DNA of 64,000 nt from an uncultured Phascolarctobacterium sp. (GTDB taxonomy: Bacteria; Bacillota; Negativicutes; Acidaminococcales; Acidaminococcaceae): NCBI GenBank assembly GCA_900545025.1, contig UQXH01000001.1, positions 55,206 through 119,205 on the forward strand, given 5' to 3'. The position numbers were made by a program, and so were the translations under genes. Every line of letters starts with the position of its first letter. Position 1 is the first letter of the stretch. Under the pieces are notes generated by a model, which was given only the letters and a program-made list of their open reading frames with translations, had not been told where the DNA came from and made no database searches. This document shows positions 1-9,800 of the stretch, in pieces.

Positions 1-1400
1 CCGGTGGTATCACCCAGCACATCGGTGCGTATAAAGTAAATTATCAGGGCAAACAGATTGTTTTCCTGGATACTCCTGGGCATGAAGCGTTTACCGCAAT
101 GCGTGCCCGCGGGGCGCAGGTTACTGACGTTGCTATCCTCGTTGTTGCTGCAGACGATGGTGTAATGCCGCAGACTATCGAAGCGATTAACCATGCTAAG
201 GCTGCCAAGGTGCCCATCATTGTTGCTATCAACAAGATTGACCGTCCCGGCTCTAATCCTGACCACGTAAAACAACAGTTGGCAGAACATGAGCTTATCC
301 CCGAAGACTGGGGCGGCGACACCATTATGGTACCGGTATCTGCCCACCAAAAAACCGGTATCAGTGATTTGCTGGAGATGATTTTGCTTGTTGCTGAAAT
401 GCAGGAACTGAAAGCAAATCCGAATCTGCCGGCTCATGGCACTATTATCGAAGCCCAGCTGGATAAAGGTCGCGGCCCTGTGGCTACCGTTCTTGTTCAA
501 AGAGGTACCCTGCATATAGGCGATACCATTATTGCCGGTACTGCGTATGGTAAAGTACGTGCCATGATCAATGACCGCGGTGAAAAAGTTAAAAAAGCGC
601 TGCCGTCTACTCCGGTAGAAGTACTGGGCCTCAACGATGTACCGCAGGCAGGCGATATTCTTGATTCTACTGATGAAAAGACTGCCCGCAGCGTTGCTGA
701 AAAACGTATCGCTAAGAAACGTGAAGAAGAAATCCAGGTTAACTCCAAAGTTTCTTTGGACGACTTGTTCCAACGTATTCAGGAAGGCGAGCTGAAAGAG
801 CTGAACATCGTTGTTAAAGCAGACGTTCAGGGTACTATCGAAGCGTTGAAAGCATCTCTGCAGAAAATTAAGAATGAAGAAGTAAAAGTAGTAGTAGTGC
901 ATGCAGGTGTAGGCTCCATTACTGAATCCGACGTTATGCTGGCTTCTGCTGCCAACGCTCTGATTATCGGCTTTAATGTACGTCCTGATGCTAATGCCCG
1001 TAAAGCTTCTGAAACTGAAAAAGTAGACGTACGTACTTATCGCGTAATTTATGATGCTCTCAACGATGTGGAAGCAGCTATCAAAGGTATGCTGGCGCCT
1101 AAGTTCAAAGAAGTTATTCAAGGACGCGTGGAAGTACGTCAGCTGATTACCATATCTAAACTCTTGATTGCAGGCTGCTATGTACTGGAAGGCAAGGTTA
1201 CCAACAGCTCTAAGGTTAGAGTAGTACGTGACGGCATTGTTGTACACGAAGGCGAAATTGAATCTCTGCGCCGCTTCAAAGACGATGTCAAAGAGGTTGC
1301 TCAAGGCTTCGAATGTGGTATTACTCTGGACAAATTCCGTGATCTCAAAGAGGGCGATATCTTTGAAATCTATAACATGGAAGAAATCAAAGAAGAATAG
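1..1400 (+). CDS. infB: Translation initiation factor IF-2, C-terminal ~466 aa (5' end lies outside the window)
   Basis: In-frame from base 3: [10 protein letters not shown]...[36 protein letters not shown] is the G-domain with G3 DTPGH. Downstream residues match IF-2 domains II/C. Followed by rbfA as in the conserved operon. Confidence 0.95.
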   Translation, partial: GGITQHIGAYKVNYQGKQIVFLDTPGHEAFTAMRARGAQVTDVAILVVAADDGVMPQTIEAINHAKAAKVPIIVAINKIDRPGSNPDHVKQQLAEHELIPEDWGGDTIMVPVSAHQKTGISDLLEMILLVAEMQELKANPNLPAHGTIIEAQLDKGRGPVATVLVQRGTLHIGDTIIAGTAYGKVRAMINDRGEKVKKALPSTPVEVLGLNDVPQAGDILDSTDEKTARSVAEKRIAKKREEEIQVNSKVSLDDLFQRIQEGELKELNIVVKADVQGTIEALKASLQKIKNEEVKVVVVHAGVGSITESDVMLASAANALIIGFNVRPDANARKASETEKVDVRTYRVIYDALNDVEAAIKGMLAPKFKEVIQGRVEVRQLITISKLLIAGCYVLEGKVTNSSKVRVVRDGIVVHEGEIESLRRFKDDVKEVAQGFECGITLDKFRDLKEGDIFEIYNMEEIKEE

Positions 1401-1417
1401 GCCGAAGCAGGTGTATT

Positions 1418-1783
1418 ATGGCAAGATTAAGAGTTGAAAAAGTACAGGAAGCCATTCAGCATGAAATAAGCAATATGCTTTTGCATGATGTCAAAGATCC
1501 GCGTATTCAGTTTGTGACTATTACAGGTGTAGAATTGACAGATGACATGAGCATAGCTAAGGTTTATGTAAGCCTGTATGGACCTGAAGACAAACAGGAA
1601 GAAACCTGGAAAGCTTTAAATAAAGCACTGGGCTTTATGCGCAGTGAAATAGCGAAACGCATTCGTCTGCGTTTCGCTCCCTCCCTGATTTTGGTTAAGG
1701 ATACTTCTATGGAATACAGTGCTCATATTCAAAGCATCCTTGACAAGATTAAGCAGGAGGAAGGCGGCACAAATGAGCAGTAA
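1418..1783 (+). CDS. rbfA: Ribosome-binding factor A
   Basis: 121 aa with RbfA-like sequence (KH-like fold) directly downstream of infB. Canonical infB-rbfA arrangement. Confidence 0.9.
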   Translation: MARLRVEKVQEAIQHEISNMLLHDVKDPRIQFVTITGVELTDDMSIAKVYVSLYGPEDKQEETWKALNKALGFMRSEIAKRIRLRFAPSLILVKDTSMEYSAHIQSILDKIKQEEGGTNEQ

Positions 1784-2723
1784 AATCAGTCTGCAGGAAA
1801 CAGGCAATCTCCTACTGCAGGCACAAAAAATTGTTTTGTGCTGTCATGTCAGTCCCGATGGAGATACATTAGGCTCAGCGTTGGGACTGATGCATATCCT
1901 TAAACGACTGGGAAAAGAAGTTACTGTCTTTGTCGACGATGAGATTGGCAGGGGGTTTGGTTTTTTGCCGGGTATCGAATGCTGCCAGCGTCCGGAATGC
2001 GGCAGTACAGTAAAGGCTGATATCCTGGTTGTCATTGATGCAAGTTCTTTTGATCGTGTTGGTATTGTAGGAGAGGTTGTGCAGGCGCCGTATATCCTGA
2101 ATATAGACCATCATATTTCTAATACGGAATTTGCCGACTATCTGTATCTTGATACAAAGGCTGCGGCTACCGGCGAGATTATGTGCGATCTGTTTGCAGC
2201 AATGCAGTGGCAGCATGATGAAGCAACGGCGCTTTGTTTGTATACTGCTATTTCTACAGACTGCGGCTCTTTCCGCTATTCCAATACGACTCGTAAGACC
2301 ATGCAGCGGGCTGCAGTGTTGCTTGATTATGGTGTACAGCCAAGTGTTATTTCCGATAACCTTGATATGCGTACCCGTGAAACTGTCGAGCTTTTGAGCA
2401 AAGTATTGCCATCCTTAACTTTTGCCTATGATGATAAGGTTGCGTATATTGCAATTCCCTATGAATTATATGATAAGGATATCCAAACTGACAGTTTTGT
2501 TTCTTATCCGCGTTATATAGAAGGCGTCGATATTGCCATCATGTTCAAAGCTGTCGAGGAAAATGTTACTCGTGTAAGTATGCGTTCCAGTCGTACTGAT
2601 GTAGCGCAGATTGCGCTTAGCTTTGGCGGCGGCGGACATATTCGTGCAGCCGGATGTACGATTTATGCACCTTTGGAAGATGCCAAAAAGCAGCTTTTGG
2701 AAGCTATAGGAAAGGCCTTATAA
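1773..2723 (+). CDS. nrnA: DHH/DHHA1 phosphoesterase (NrnA-like oligoribonuclease/pAp phosphatase)
   Basis: DHH motif (NIDHHISN) and DHHA1 GGGH motif (FGGGGHIRAAG). The ORF-track start 1719 overlaps rbfA, so the internal ATG at 1773 (MSSKISL) is preferred. Confidence 0.8.
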   Translation: MSSKISLQETGNLLLQAQKIVLCCHVSPDGDTLGSALGLMHILKRLGKEVTVFVDDEIGRGFGFLPGIECCQRPECGSTVKADILVVIDASSFDRVGIVGEVVQAPYILNIDHHISNTEFADYLYLDTKAAATGEIMCDLFAAMQWQHDEATALCLYTAISTDCGSFRYSNTTRKTMQRAAVLLDYGVQPSVISDNLDMRTRETVELLSKVLPSLTFAYDDKVAYIAIPYELYDKDIQTDSFVSYPRYIEGVDIAIMFKAVEENVTRVSMRSSRTDVAQIALSFGGGGHIRAAGCTIYAPLEDAKKQLLEAIGKAL

Positions 2724-3598
2724 TGGACGGTATCTTAAATGTTTTAAAACCACCGGGAATGACATCCCATGATGTGGTTGCTTATTTACGGCGAGTATTG
2801 AAAACCAAAAAGGCTGGACACGGAGGAACTCTTGACCCTGATGCGGCAGGAGTTCTCCCTGTGTTTATAGGCAGTGCAACCAGATTATTAGAATTTGCTG
2901 TTGAAGGATGCAAACAGTATCTTGTAGAAATTACCCTAGGTCAGCAGACTGATACAGGCGATGACAGTGGTACGGTTATTAAGACTATGCCGGTGCCGCA
3001 GCTATCCAAAGAAAAAATTCTGTCAGTTATGCAGCAGTTTACCGGTAAGATAATGCAGACTCCGCCTATGTATTCTGCTTTAAAAGTTGATGGCCAGAAA
3101 CTGTATGCTTTGGCACGTCAAGGTATCAATGTAGAAAGAGAAGCACGTCCTATTGAAGTATATAAATTAGAATTGCTTCATCAGGGAGACAATTCTTTGA
3201 CTTTAGCAGTAGAATGTTCTAAAGGAACATATATACGCGTACTTGGAGAAGATATTGCTGATGCATTAGGCACTTGCGGTACGATGAGTTTCTTACTGCG
3301 GACGCGGGTTGCAGGTTTTAAAATCGAAGAAGCTTTTACCTTGCAGGAGATTGCTGCTGCGCCGGAGAAATGCCTGGCTGCACCGTTATCAGCTGTAAGT
3401 AATATACCTAAGTTAGTGTTGACGGCAAGACAGGCAGAGCGTATTACTAATGGTGTACGTACTACTGTTGCCGGTACAACAGATGGCAGATATGTGCTTA
3501 TGGGGCCGGCAGAAGAATTTTTAGGTGTGGGCAGCTGCAGTGAGGAAAAAATACAGGCAGAAAAGGTTTTTTCGCATTATATAGTGCAAGAGGAATAA
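2723..3598 (+). CDS. truB: tRNA pseudouridine(55) synthase
   Basis: MDGILNVLKPPGMTSHDVV...GHGGTLDP is the TruB N-terminus with the catalytic Asp motif. Start overlaps the upstream stop (TAATG). Conserved position before ribF. Confidence 0.9.
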   Translation: MDGILNVLKPPGMTSHDVVAYLRRVLKTKKAGHGGTLDPDAAGVLPVFIGSATRLLEFAVEGCKQYLVEITLGQQTDTGDDSGTVIKTMPVPQLSKEKILSVMQQFTGKIMQTPPMYSALKVDGQKLYALARQGINVEREARPIEVYKLELLHQGDNSLTLAVECSKGTYIRVLGEDIADALGTCGTMSFLLRTRVAGFKIEEAFTLQEIAAAPEKCLAAPLSAVSNIPKLVLTARQAERITNGVRTTVAGTTDGRYVLMGPAEEFLGVGSCSEEKIQAEKVFSHYIVQEE

Positions 3599-3601
3599 AA
3601 G

Positions 3602-4528
3602 ATGGAGATTATTACTTCACTGAAAAACTTTCATAGTTTCGAGCGCCCATGTGTTATTGCTTTGGGAACTTTTGATGGACTGCATCTGGGACATCAGGAT
3701 GTTATCAGTTCGGCTGCTAAATATGCGCGAGAGCATGATTGCCGTCTTGCTGTCTTCACGTTCAGCAATCATCCTTTCTCTTTAATTAAGCCGTCAGAGG
3801 CGCCTGTGTCGTTGATTGGCAGTAAAGAAAAATATGCTTTGCTGGAACAGATGGGTGTCGACCTTTTGCTGGAAGTACCTTTTGACAGACAGCTGGCTGA
3901 ATTATCTCCTGATGAGTTTTTACAGCAGCTGCGAAAATTAAATTTTGTTTGTCTGGCTGTAGGGGAAAATTTTAATTTTGGCTGGCATGGGACAGGTAAT
4001 ATTGCAACTTTAAAGAATTTTGCTGCAGAACAAGGATTTAAGCTGATTGTCCGGCCGCTTGTCAGTGAAAACGGAATTATCATAAGCAGCACGGAAATAC
4101 GTAAGTTAATAAGCTCAGGTAATATAACAGACGCTAACAGGATGTTGGGACGTCCGTATGTGCTGGCAGGAGTCGTAAAAAAAGGATTCCAGCGCGGTCG
4201 ACTGCTTAATTTTCCAACAGCGAATATTGAACTTGATGCGGTACAGGAGGCTGTACCCCGTACCGGCGTCTATGCGGTGCGTGTGACAGTGGGAGGAACC
4301 CTTTATTATGGCATGGCTAATATAGGGATGAATCCAACTTTTGGCGATTTGGTATCTGCAAGATTGGAAACACATATTTTTGATTTTAAAGATGTCATTT
4401 ACGGTTGCCATTTGTCAGTAGAATTTCATCAGTTTATCCGCGCCGAGCAGAAATTTTCCTCTGTGGAAGAGCTGCAGAAGCAGCTGTTAGCGGATAGTAT
4501 GGAGTGCAGAAAATTTTTTGCTCTTTAA
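3602..4528 (+). CDS. ribF: Bifunctional riboflavin kinase / FMN adenylyltransferase
   Basis: 308 aa. N-terminal nucleotidyltransferase region (GTFDGLHLGHQ) and C-terminal riboflavin kinase region (GRPY...PTANI). Conserved truB-ribF-rpsO order. Confidence 0.9.
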   Translation: MEIITSLKNFHSFERPCVIALGTFDGLHLGHQDVISSAAKYAREHDCRLAVFTFSNHPFSLIKPSEAPVSLIGSKEKYALLEQMGVDLLLEVPFDRQLAELSPDEFLQQLRKLNFVCLAVGENFNFGWHGTGNIATLKNFAAEQGFKLIVRPLVSENGIIISSTEIRKLISSGNITDANRMLGRPYVLAGVVKKGFQRGRLLNFPTANIELDAVQEAVPRTGVYAVRVTVGGTLYYGMANIGMNPTFGDLVSARLETHIFDFKDVIYGCHLSVEFHQFIRAEQKFSSVEELQKQLLADSMECRKFFAL

Positions 4529-4557
4529 GTATATATTGTAAAAAATATAACAAATTA

Positions 4558-4590
4558 CTTGCTTTACGGTTTGCTGTTATGGTATACTGT
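4558..4590 (+). promoter_or_regulatory. Putative sigma70-type promoter and leader of rpsO
   Basis: TTGCTT, ~17-18 nt spacer, TATACT upstream of rpsO. A structured ~90-nt leader follows, a plausible S15 autoregulation site. Confidence 0.4.
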
Positions 4591-4676
4591 TATAGTATTT
4601 GAACCAAAGCTTGGAAGTGCGCAACTCCGACGGCTGCTATGCTTTGGGAATTGTAAATTTTAGGAGGAATTTTTAA

Positions 4677-4943
4677 ATGTTAACCAGCGAAACCAAACAA
4701 TCCATTATTCTTGACAATGCTCGTCATGAAGGCGACACCGGTTCCCCGGAAGTACAAATTGCAGTTCTGACCGAACGCATCAAATATTTGACCGAACATC
4801 TGAAAGAACATAAAAAAGATCATCATTCCCGTCGTGGCCTGTTGAAAATGGTAGGTAAACGTCGTGGTCTTTTGAACTACCTGATGGAAAAAGATATTGA
4901 ACGTTATCGTGCAATCATTGCCAAACTCGGTATCCGCAAATAA
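4677..4943 (+). CDS. rpsO: 30S ribosomal protein S15
   Basis: 88 aa ...[19 protein letters not shown]...[25 protein letters not shown] is a canonical S15 sequence. Confidence 0.95.
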   Translation: MLTSETKQSIILDNARHEGDTGSPEVQIAVLTERIKYLTEHLKEHKKDHHSRRGLLKMVGKRRGLLNYLMEKDIERYRAIIAKLGIRK

Positions 4944-4951
4944 GATTTTTC

Positions 4952-4980
4952 AGGCTTGCCTTAAGGCAAGCCTTTTTTAT
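4952..4980 (+). terminator. Rho-independent terminator after rpsO
   Basis: Hairpin aggcttgcc-ttaa-ggcaagcct followed by TTTTTTAT. Confidence 0.8.
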
Positions 4981-5055
4981 TTGTGTTATTGCTTGTAAAG
5001 ATTTTAATGACAGGATATAATAAAATTATAATTTATTAAGAGAGGTGTAAATAAC

Positions 5056-5493
5056 ATGAAAAAAATATTAGTATTGATGGGTTTATTGTTTTCTTTGCTT
5101 ATCAGTTCTGTAGCTATGGCTGCAGGAGCTGCTAATGACTTTGCCAAAGAAGAAGCTGCGGCTGACCTTTTTATTAAAGGATTGAATGATACGACTGTTA
5201 CCTATGAAACTGTAGCTGCTAATTTTACTCCTGCATTAAAAGAAAACTTTACGGCAGAAAAATATGCAGAACTGTTAAAACAGGTAAAGGAAAAATTTGG
5301 TAAGAATAAAGAGGCTAAATTTGCTGTCCTCCAGAGATTTGATAAGGCTGATCGTGTGATTTATCTTGGTTCTTTCAGTAAAGAAAATCTTGCTCAGCTG
5401 GTATTTGTTTTTGATACTACCGGCAGAAAACCGTTAATGTCAGATTTTGCACTGGTGCCTGTTCAAGCCCAGCAGCAGGAAGAAGCTAAATAA
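5056..5493 (+). CDS. Secreted hypothetical protein (signal peptide; DUF3887-like is a guess)
   Basis: N-terminal MKKILVLMGLLFSLLISSVAMAAGA signal peptide and a strong RBS (agagaggtg). It occupies the position where pnp usually follows rpsO. Confidence 0.6.
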   Translation: MKKILVLMGLLFSLLISSVAMAAGAANDFAKEEAAADLFIKGLNDTTVTYETVAANFTPALKENFTAEKYAELLKQVKEKFGKNKEAKFAVLQRFDKADRVIYLGSFSKENLAQLVFVFDTTGRKPLMSDFALVPVQAQQQEEAK

Positions 5494-5511
5494 TTTTTAT
5501 AATAGTGTAAT

Positions 5512-5546
5512 AACAGCTCACATATTTGTGGGCTGTTTATTTTTTA
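5512..5546 (+). terminator. Rho-independent terminator
   Basis: Hairpin aacagctcaca-tattt-gtgggctgtt followed by TATTTTTT. Confidence 0.7.
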
Positions 5547-5625
5547 TAGAATAGTGTTTAATAGTTTACGCTTATGAATAAATATGATACAATATATAAA
5601 ATGTAAAATGTAAAATTTATGTAAT

Positions 5626-6645
5626 ATGGTGCTGTTAATGCAGAAAGAATTTATTATTAAAATTTTGCCAACTGATTTTTGTCATGCATCTACACTTATA
5701 AGAGTGTCAGAAGATAAATTATTGTGTTGCTGGTTTGGAGGATACAAGGAAGGTTCCGATGATGTTGCCATATGGTGCAGCAGCAGGGATAATGAATGCT
5801 GGAGCAGTCCGCATAAACTGGCTGATAGTGCAGAAGCTAACTGGAATCCGGTATTGTTTTCAATCAAAGATAAAATTTTACTGTTCTTCAAAGAGGGGCA
5901 GAAAATTTCTGACTGGAAAACACTGGTTATGGAATCTGCTGACGGCGGCAAGAATTGGAGCAATCCCTCGGAGCTGGTTGCTGGTGATGTCAGCGGCGGG
6001 CGAGGGCCTGTACGCAATAAGCCTATTGTTCTGGCAAACGGCAGGATTATTGCCGGTGGTTCGATTGAACGGGGCCTATGGACATCATTCGCAGATTATA
6101 GTGATGATGGCGGTAAGACCTGGAAGAAGTCTTTGCCGATTGGTATTGCAGGCTTATTATATCAGGATGGTGAGAAAACTGCCGAAAGCAATATAGCTGT
6201 CAGTCAGCAGTCTTTTTATGGTCGTGGAGTTATTCAGCCAACTATTTGGGAAAGTACTCCTGGGCAGGTACATATACTGATGCGCAGTAGTGAAGGTTAT
6301 ATCTATCGCAGTGATTCAGCTGATAATGGTAATACCTGGAAGGAAGCTTATCCAACGCAGCTACCTAATAATAACAGCGGTATAGACCTTGTTAAAGTTC
6401 CTTTCAATAAGTTTTTATATTTGGTTTGCAATCCTGTTCAGGGTAATTGGGGCATGCGTTCACCCTTAAGCCTTTTTAGGTCAGATGATAACGGTGCCAG
6501 CTGGGAAAAAATACTTGATTTGGAAACAGAAACAGGGGAGTTTTCCTATCCTGCTGTGATTGCTGACAAAGATGGTTTAGATATCACTTATACCTGGCAG
6601 CGTAAGAATATTGTATACTGCCGCCTAAATAAAGAAGAGTTGTAA
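5626..6645 (+). CDS. BNR/Asp-box repeat beta-propeller protein (sialidase-like superfamily), no signal peptide
   Basis: Four S-x-D-x-G-x-T-W Asp-box motifs: SADGGKNWS, SDDGGKTWK, SADNGNTWK, SDDNGASWE. No N-terminal signal sequence. Confidence 0.7.
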   Translation: MVLLMQKEFIIKILPTDFCHASTLIRVSEDKLLCCWFGGYKEGSDDVAIWCSSRDNECWSSPHKLADSAEANWNPVLFSIKDKILLFFKEGQKISDWKTLVMESADGGKNWSNPSELVAGDVSGGRGPVRNKPIVLANGRIIAGGSIERGLWTSFADYSDDGGKTWKKSLPIGIAGLLYQDGEKTAESNIAVSQQSFYGRGVIQPTIWESTPGQVHILMRSSEGYIYRSDSADNGNTWKEAYPTQLPNNNSGIDLVKVPFNKFLYLVCNPVQGNWGMRSPLSLFRSDDNGASWEKILDLETETGEFSYPAVIADKDGLDITYTWQRKNIVYCRLNKEEL

Positions 6646-6686
6646 AAGGTTGTTGTAAAAATTTTTATAGAGGAGTGGCATGTATA

Positions 6687-7655
6687 ATGAAAAAGATTTT
6701 ATTTGTACTGGTATCGTTGCTAATGATGGCTATGATGATTGCCGGTTGCGGCGGCGACAGCAAAAAAGCTGCTTATCCTGCTGATGGCGATATTACTGTC
6801 ATCATTCCTAAAGCACCTGGTGGCGGTACTGATGTTTCTGCCAGAGGCTTGGTACAAATGCTGCAAAAAGAACTGCCTGGCAGCAAGTTTGTTCCTGTAA
6901 ATAAACCGGATGGCGGCGGTGTAACCGGTATGGTTGAATTGGCTAATGCTAAACCTGATGGGCATACCCTGGGTATGGTAACTGTAGAGCTGGCAATGTT
7001 TCCGCATCAGGGCAAATGCAAGAATACTTACAAAGATTATGCTTCTATCTGTGCACCGATTGCTGCTCCGGCAGCTTTGATTGTTCCGGCGGAAGCTCCT
7101 TACAACAGTCTGGACGAATTTGTTGCTTACGCTAAAGCAAATCCTGGTAAAGTACAGATGGGTAATTCCGGTATCGGGGCTATCTGGCATATTGCCGCTT
7201 TATCATTTGAAGATGAGTTTGGTGTGCAGCTGAAACATGTTCCTTATCCGAAAGGCTCTGCTGATATTGCAGCTGCTTTGGCTGGCAAACATATTGATGC
7301 AACCTTAGCTGATCCGTCCGTATTTAAAAGCCAGGTTGATGCAGGTAATCTGAAAATTTTGGCTATTATGGCTGATTCCCGTTCTCAGATTTATCCTGAT
7401 GCACCTACCTTTAAGGAATTGGGCCATGATATGACTATTCGTGCTTGGGCAGCGTTGGTGGCTCCTAAAGATACTCCAAAAGAAAAATTGGAAGTGTTGC
7501 GTGCTGCTGCCAAAGAAGTATGTGATTCCAAGGAATTCAAAGAATATTTCATGAAACAGGGTATTGATCCTACTGTAATTATCGGTGAAGATTGTGATAA
7601 GATGATGCAGGAAGACCATGAAATGTATCAGAAATATTTACAGATTGCTCAATAA
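6687..7655 (+). CDS. tctC: Tripartite tricarboxylate transporter substrate-binding lipoprotein (TctC/Bug family), orphan
   Basis: MKKILFVLVSLLMMAMMIAGCGG is a lipoprotein signal with lipobox. Bug/TctC-like body (GGGTDVSARG...). No tctA/tctB nearby. Confidence 0.75.
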   Translation: MKKILFVLVSLLMMAMMIAGCGGDSKKAAYPADGDITVIIPKAPGGGTDVSARGLVQMLQKELPGSKFVPVNKPDGGGVTGMVELANAKPDGHTLGMVTVELAMFPHQGKCKNTYKDYASICAPIAAPAALIVPAEAPYNSLDEFVAYAKANPGKVQMGNSGIGAIWHIAALSFEDEFGVQLKHVPYPKGSADIAAALAGKHIDATLADPSVFKSQVDAGNLKILAIMADSRSQIYPDAPTFKELGHDMTIRAWAALVAPKDTPKEKLEVLRAAAKEVCDSKEFKEYFMKQGIDPTVIIGEDCDKMMQEDHEMYQKYLQIAQ

Positions 7656-7666
7656 TAACAAACAGG

Positions 7667-7695
7667 TTTTATAATAAAAAAGACAGCGCAAGCTG
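7667..7695 (+). terminator. Rho-independent terminator after tctC
   Basis: aaaaaagacagc-gcaa-gctgtcttttttatt. Confidence 0.8.
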
Positions 7696-7805
7696 TCTTT
7701 TTTATTATCGTAAAATTTCGGTAAAAAGATTTTCTTGATTGGCATAAATTTCTAAAAATGTTATAATAATAAATATGTCATATTTGTGAACAAATAAATT
7801 TATAG

Positions 7806-9800
7806 GTGATGAGGATGAATTTATTCTTTATGGCTGCGGCTTGTTATGGCGCAGGCATACTTACGCTGCTTTTCCCGCATAAATGGCAGAAGACAGCTCA
7901 TTATGCGGCATGCTTGGCTGCTATCGCAGGCAGCGCTTTAGTAACATATAATGCTGGACTTGTCTTATTGGATATCTTGCTTATACCGACTGTACAATGG
8001 GGGTCCTATTCGCTTGCATGTGATAAATGGAGTGCTGCCTTTTTATTGTTGACTGGTTGCGCCGGAACCATTACCAGTATCTATGCTCTTGGTTATGCCC
8101 TTAGTTATTTGGGTAAAAGACTCAGAATGTTAGGTTCTTTATGGAATCTTTTCTTAGGCTCCATGGTATTTGTAGTGTTGGCTGGAGATGCCTTTAGCTT
8201 TCTCTTGTTCTGGGAGATTATGGCTGTTGCTTCATTCCTGCTTGTCAATCATGAAGCAGAAAAACGTGTAACCTGGAATGCGGCTTATCAGTATCTGGTT
8301 ATGACGCATATCGGGACTGCGGCTATTATGATTGCTTTTTTGCTGACAGGTACTTACAGTAAATCTTTTGCTTTTACTGATATGGCTAAGAATACTCTGT
8401 CTGACGGTATGAGCGGTATTGTGTTTTTAGCGGCTTTTATTGGTTTTGCTTTGAAAGCAGGCCTCGTACCTTTGCATGTATGGCTTCCTAAAGCGCATCC
8501 CGCAGCTCCAAGTCATGTATCGGCCTTGATGAGCGGTGTTATGCTGAAAATAGCTTTATATGGCTTTGGTCGTTTTGTCTTTTCTTTTCTGCCTGGCTGG
8601 AACTATTGGTGGTGCATCGTTATTATGCTGGCAGGACTGATTTCAGCTTTCTTGGGCGTACTTTATGCTCAGATGGAAACAGATATCAAGCGTATACTGG
8701 CTTATTCTTCAGTTGAAAATATGGGCATTATCTTTGCTGCTTTTGGTTGTGGTATGCTGTTAGAGGTTACTGCTGGCGAAGGCTGGGGAACGATTGGCTT
8801 TATGGCGGCATTAGTGCATTGCTATAATCATTCGGTTATCAAAGTGCTCATGTTTATGAGTGCCGGCAGCATTATGCACGCTACCGGAAGCAAGAATCTG
8901 GAGCTCTTTGGTGGCCTTCTGCGTAAGCTTCCTTACACAGCTGCCTTCTGTTTTGCTGGCTGTATGGCTTTGTCAGCGCTGCCTCTTACCAGTGGCTTTA
9001 TAGGTGAATGGATGACGCTGCAGAGCTTTATCACTTTGGCTTACAATGGTTATGAACAGGATATACGTTTGTGGTGTTCTTTAGCCTTTGTTTTACTTGG
9101 TTTAACTGGTGCGCTTGCATTAGGCTGCTTTGTACGCTTTTTCGGTATAGCATTCCTTGGCAGAGCACGCAGCCAAATAGCTGAACAGGCTCATGAATCT
9201 GATGGATTTATGCTGCTGGCTATGGGAATAAGTACTGTATTGATTTTTGTACTGGGAATTTATCCGGCGCCGCTGTTAAATGTATTAAGCGGCGTGCTTA
9301 CTGTTGATACCTCGGTTTATATGCCAGGTATTGCCGATGTGCTGCAAAGCGGCGGTGAATTGCTGCAGGCTTATGGTACAGTTTTAGCCTTGGTAGTGGT
9401 TTTAACAGGAGCATGCTTTGTCATAGCTGTCACTATGGCAAAAAAGGCATATGTTACCAGCGATGTAACATGGAACTGCGGTACTGTGCCTACGGCAAGA
9501 CAGCAATACTCTGCTACAGGTTTTTCCAAGCCGCTACGCAGGGCTTTTGATTATCTTTTAAAACCCAAACGCGAGGTTTCCTATGTCCGCAAGGATCATC
9601 CTTATTTTGGTCGTTTATTATCTTATAAACTGGAAATTCCTGATATGATTACTCAGAAGCTGTATCTGCCGCTGCAGAAATATTTTGTTGTTTCTTCTGC
9701 TTTTCTGCGTCGTTTGCAGCAGGGAAGTGTAAGACTATATGTTAGTTATGTTATGGCTGCGATGATCGCCGTGCTGATTTGGGGGGCAATATATAAATGA
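7806..9800 (+). CDS. Group-4 [NiFe]-hydrogenase membrane subunit, NuoL/HyfB/HycC-like
   Basis: 664 aa polytopic protein with conserved NuoL/MrpA-type antiporter-like motifs (WLPxAHxxAPSHVSALxSG). First gene of a six-gene operon with overlapping or closely spaced genes. Confidence 0.85.
   Translation: MMRMNLFFMAAACYGAGILTLLFPHKWQKTAHYAACLAAIAGSALVTYNAGLVLLDILLIPTVQWGSYSLACDKWSAAFLLLTGCAGTITSIYALGYALSYLGKRLRMLGSLWNLFLGSMVFVVLAGDAFSFLLFWEIMAVASFLLVNHEAEKRVTWNAAYQYLVMTHIGTAAIMIAFLLTGTYSKSFAFTDMAKNTLSDGMSGIVFLAAFIGFALKAGLVPLHVWLPKAHPAAPSHVSALMSGVMLKIALYGFGRFVFSFLPGWNYWWCIVIMLAGLISAFLGVLYAQMETDIKRILAYSSVENMGIIFAAFGCGMLLEVTAGEGWGTIGFMAALVHCYNHSVIKVLMFMSAGSIMHATGSKNLELFGGLLRKLPYTAAFCFAGCMALSALPLTSGFIGEWMTLQSFITLAYNGYEQDIRLWCSLAFVLLGLTGALALGCFVRFFGIAFLGRARSQIAEQAHESDGFMLLAMGISTVLIFVLGIYPAPLLNVLSGVLTVDTSVYMPGIADVLQSGGELLQAYGTVLALVVVLTGACFVIAVTMAKKAYVTSDVTWNCGTVPTARQQYSATGFSKPLRRAFDYLLKPKREVSYVRKDHPYFGRLLSYKLEIPDMITQKLYLPLQKYFVVSSAFLRRLQQGSVRLYVSYVMAAMIAVLIWGAIYK

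Noticed and set aside
6720-7190. 156-aa minus-strand ORF
   Set aside because: Antisense overlap of the tctC coding region. No independent support.
7735-7775. Possible promoter upstream of the hydrogenase operon (TTGATT ... TATAAT)
   Set aside because: The spacer is ~21 nt, which is too long. Left unannotated.
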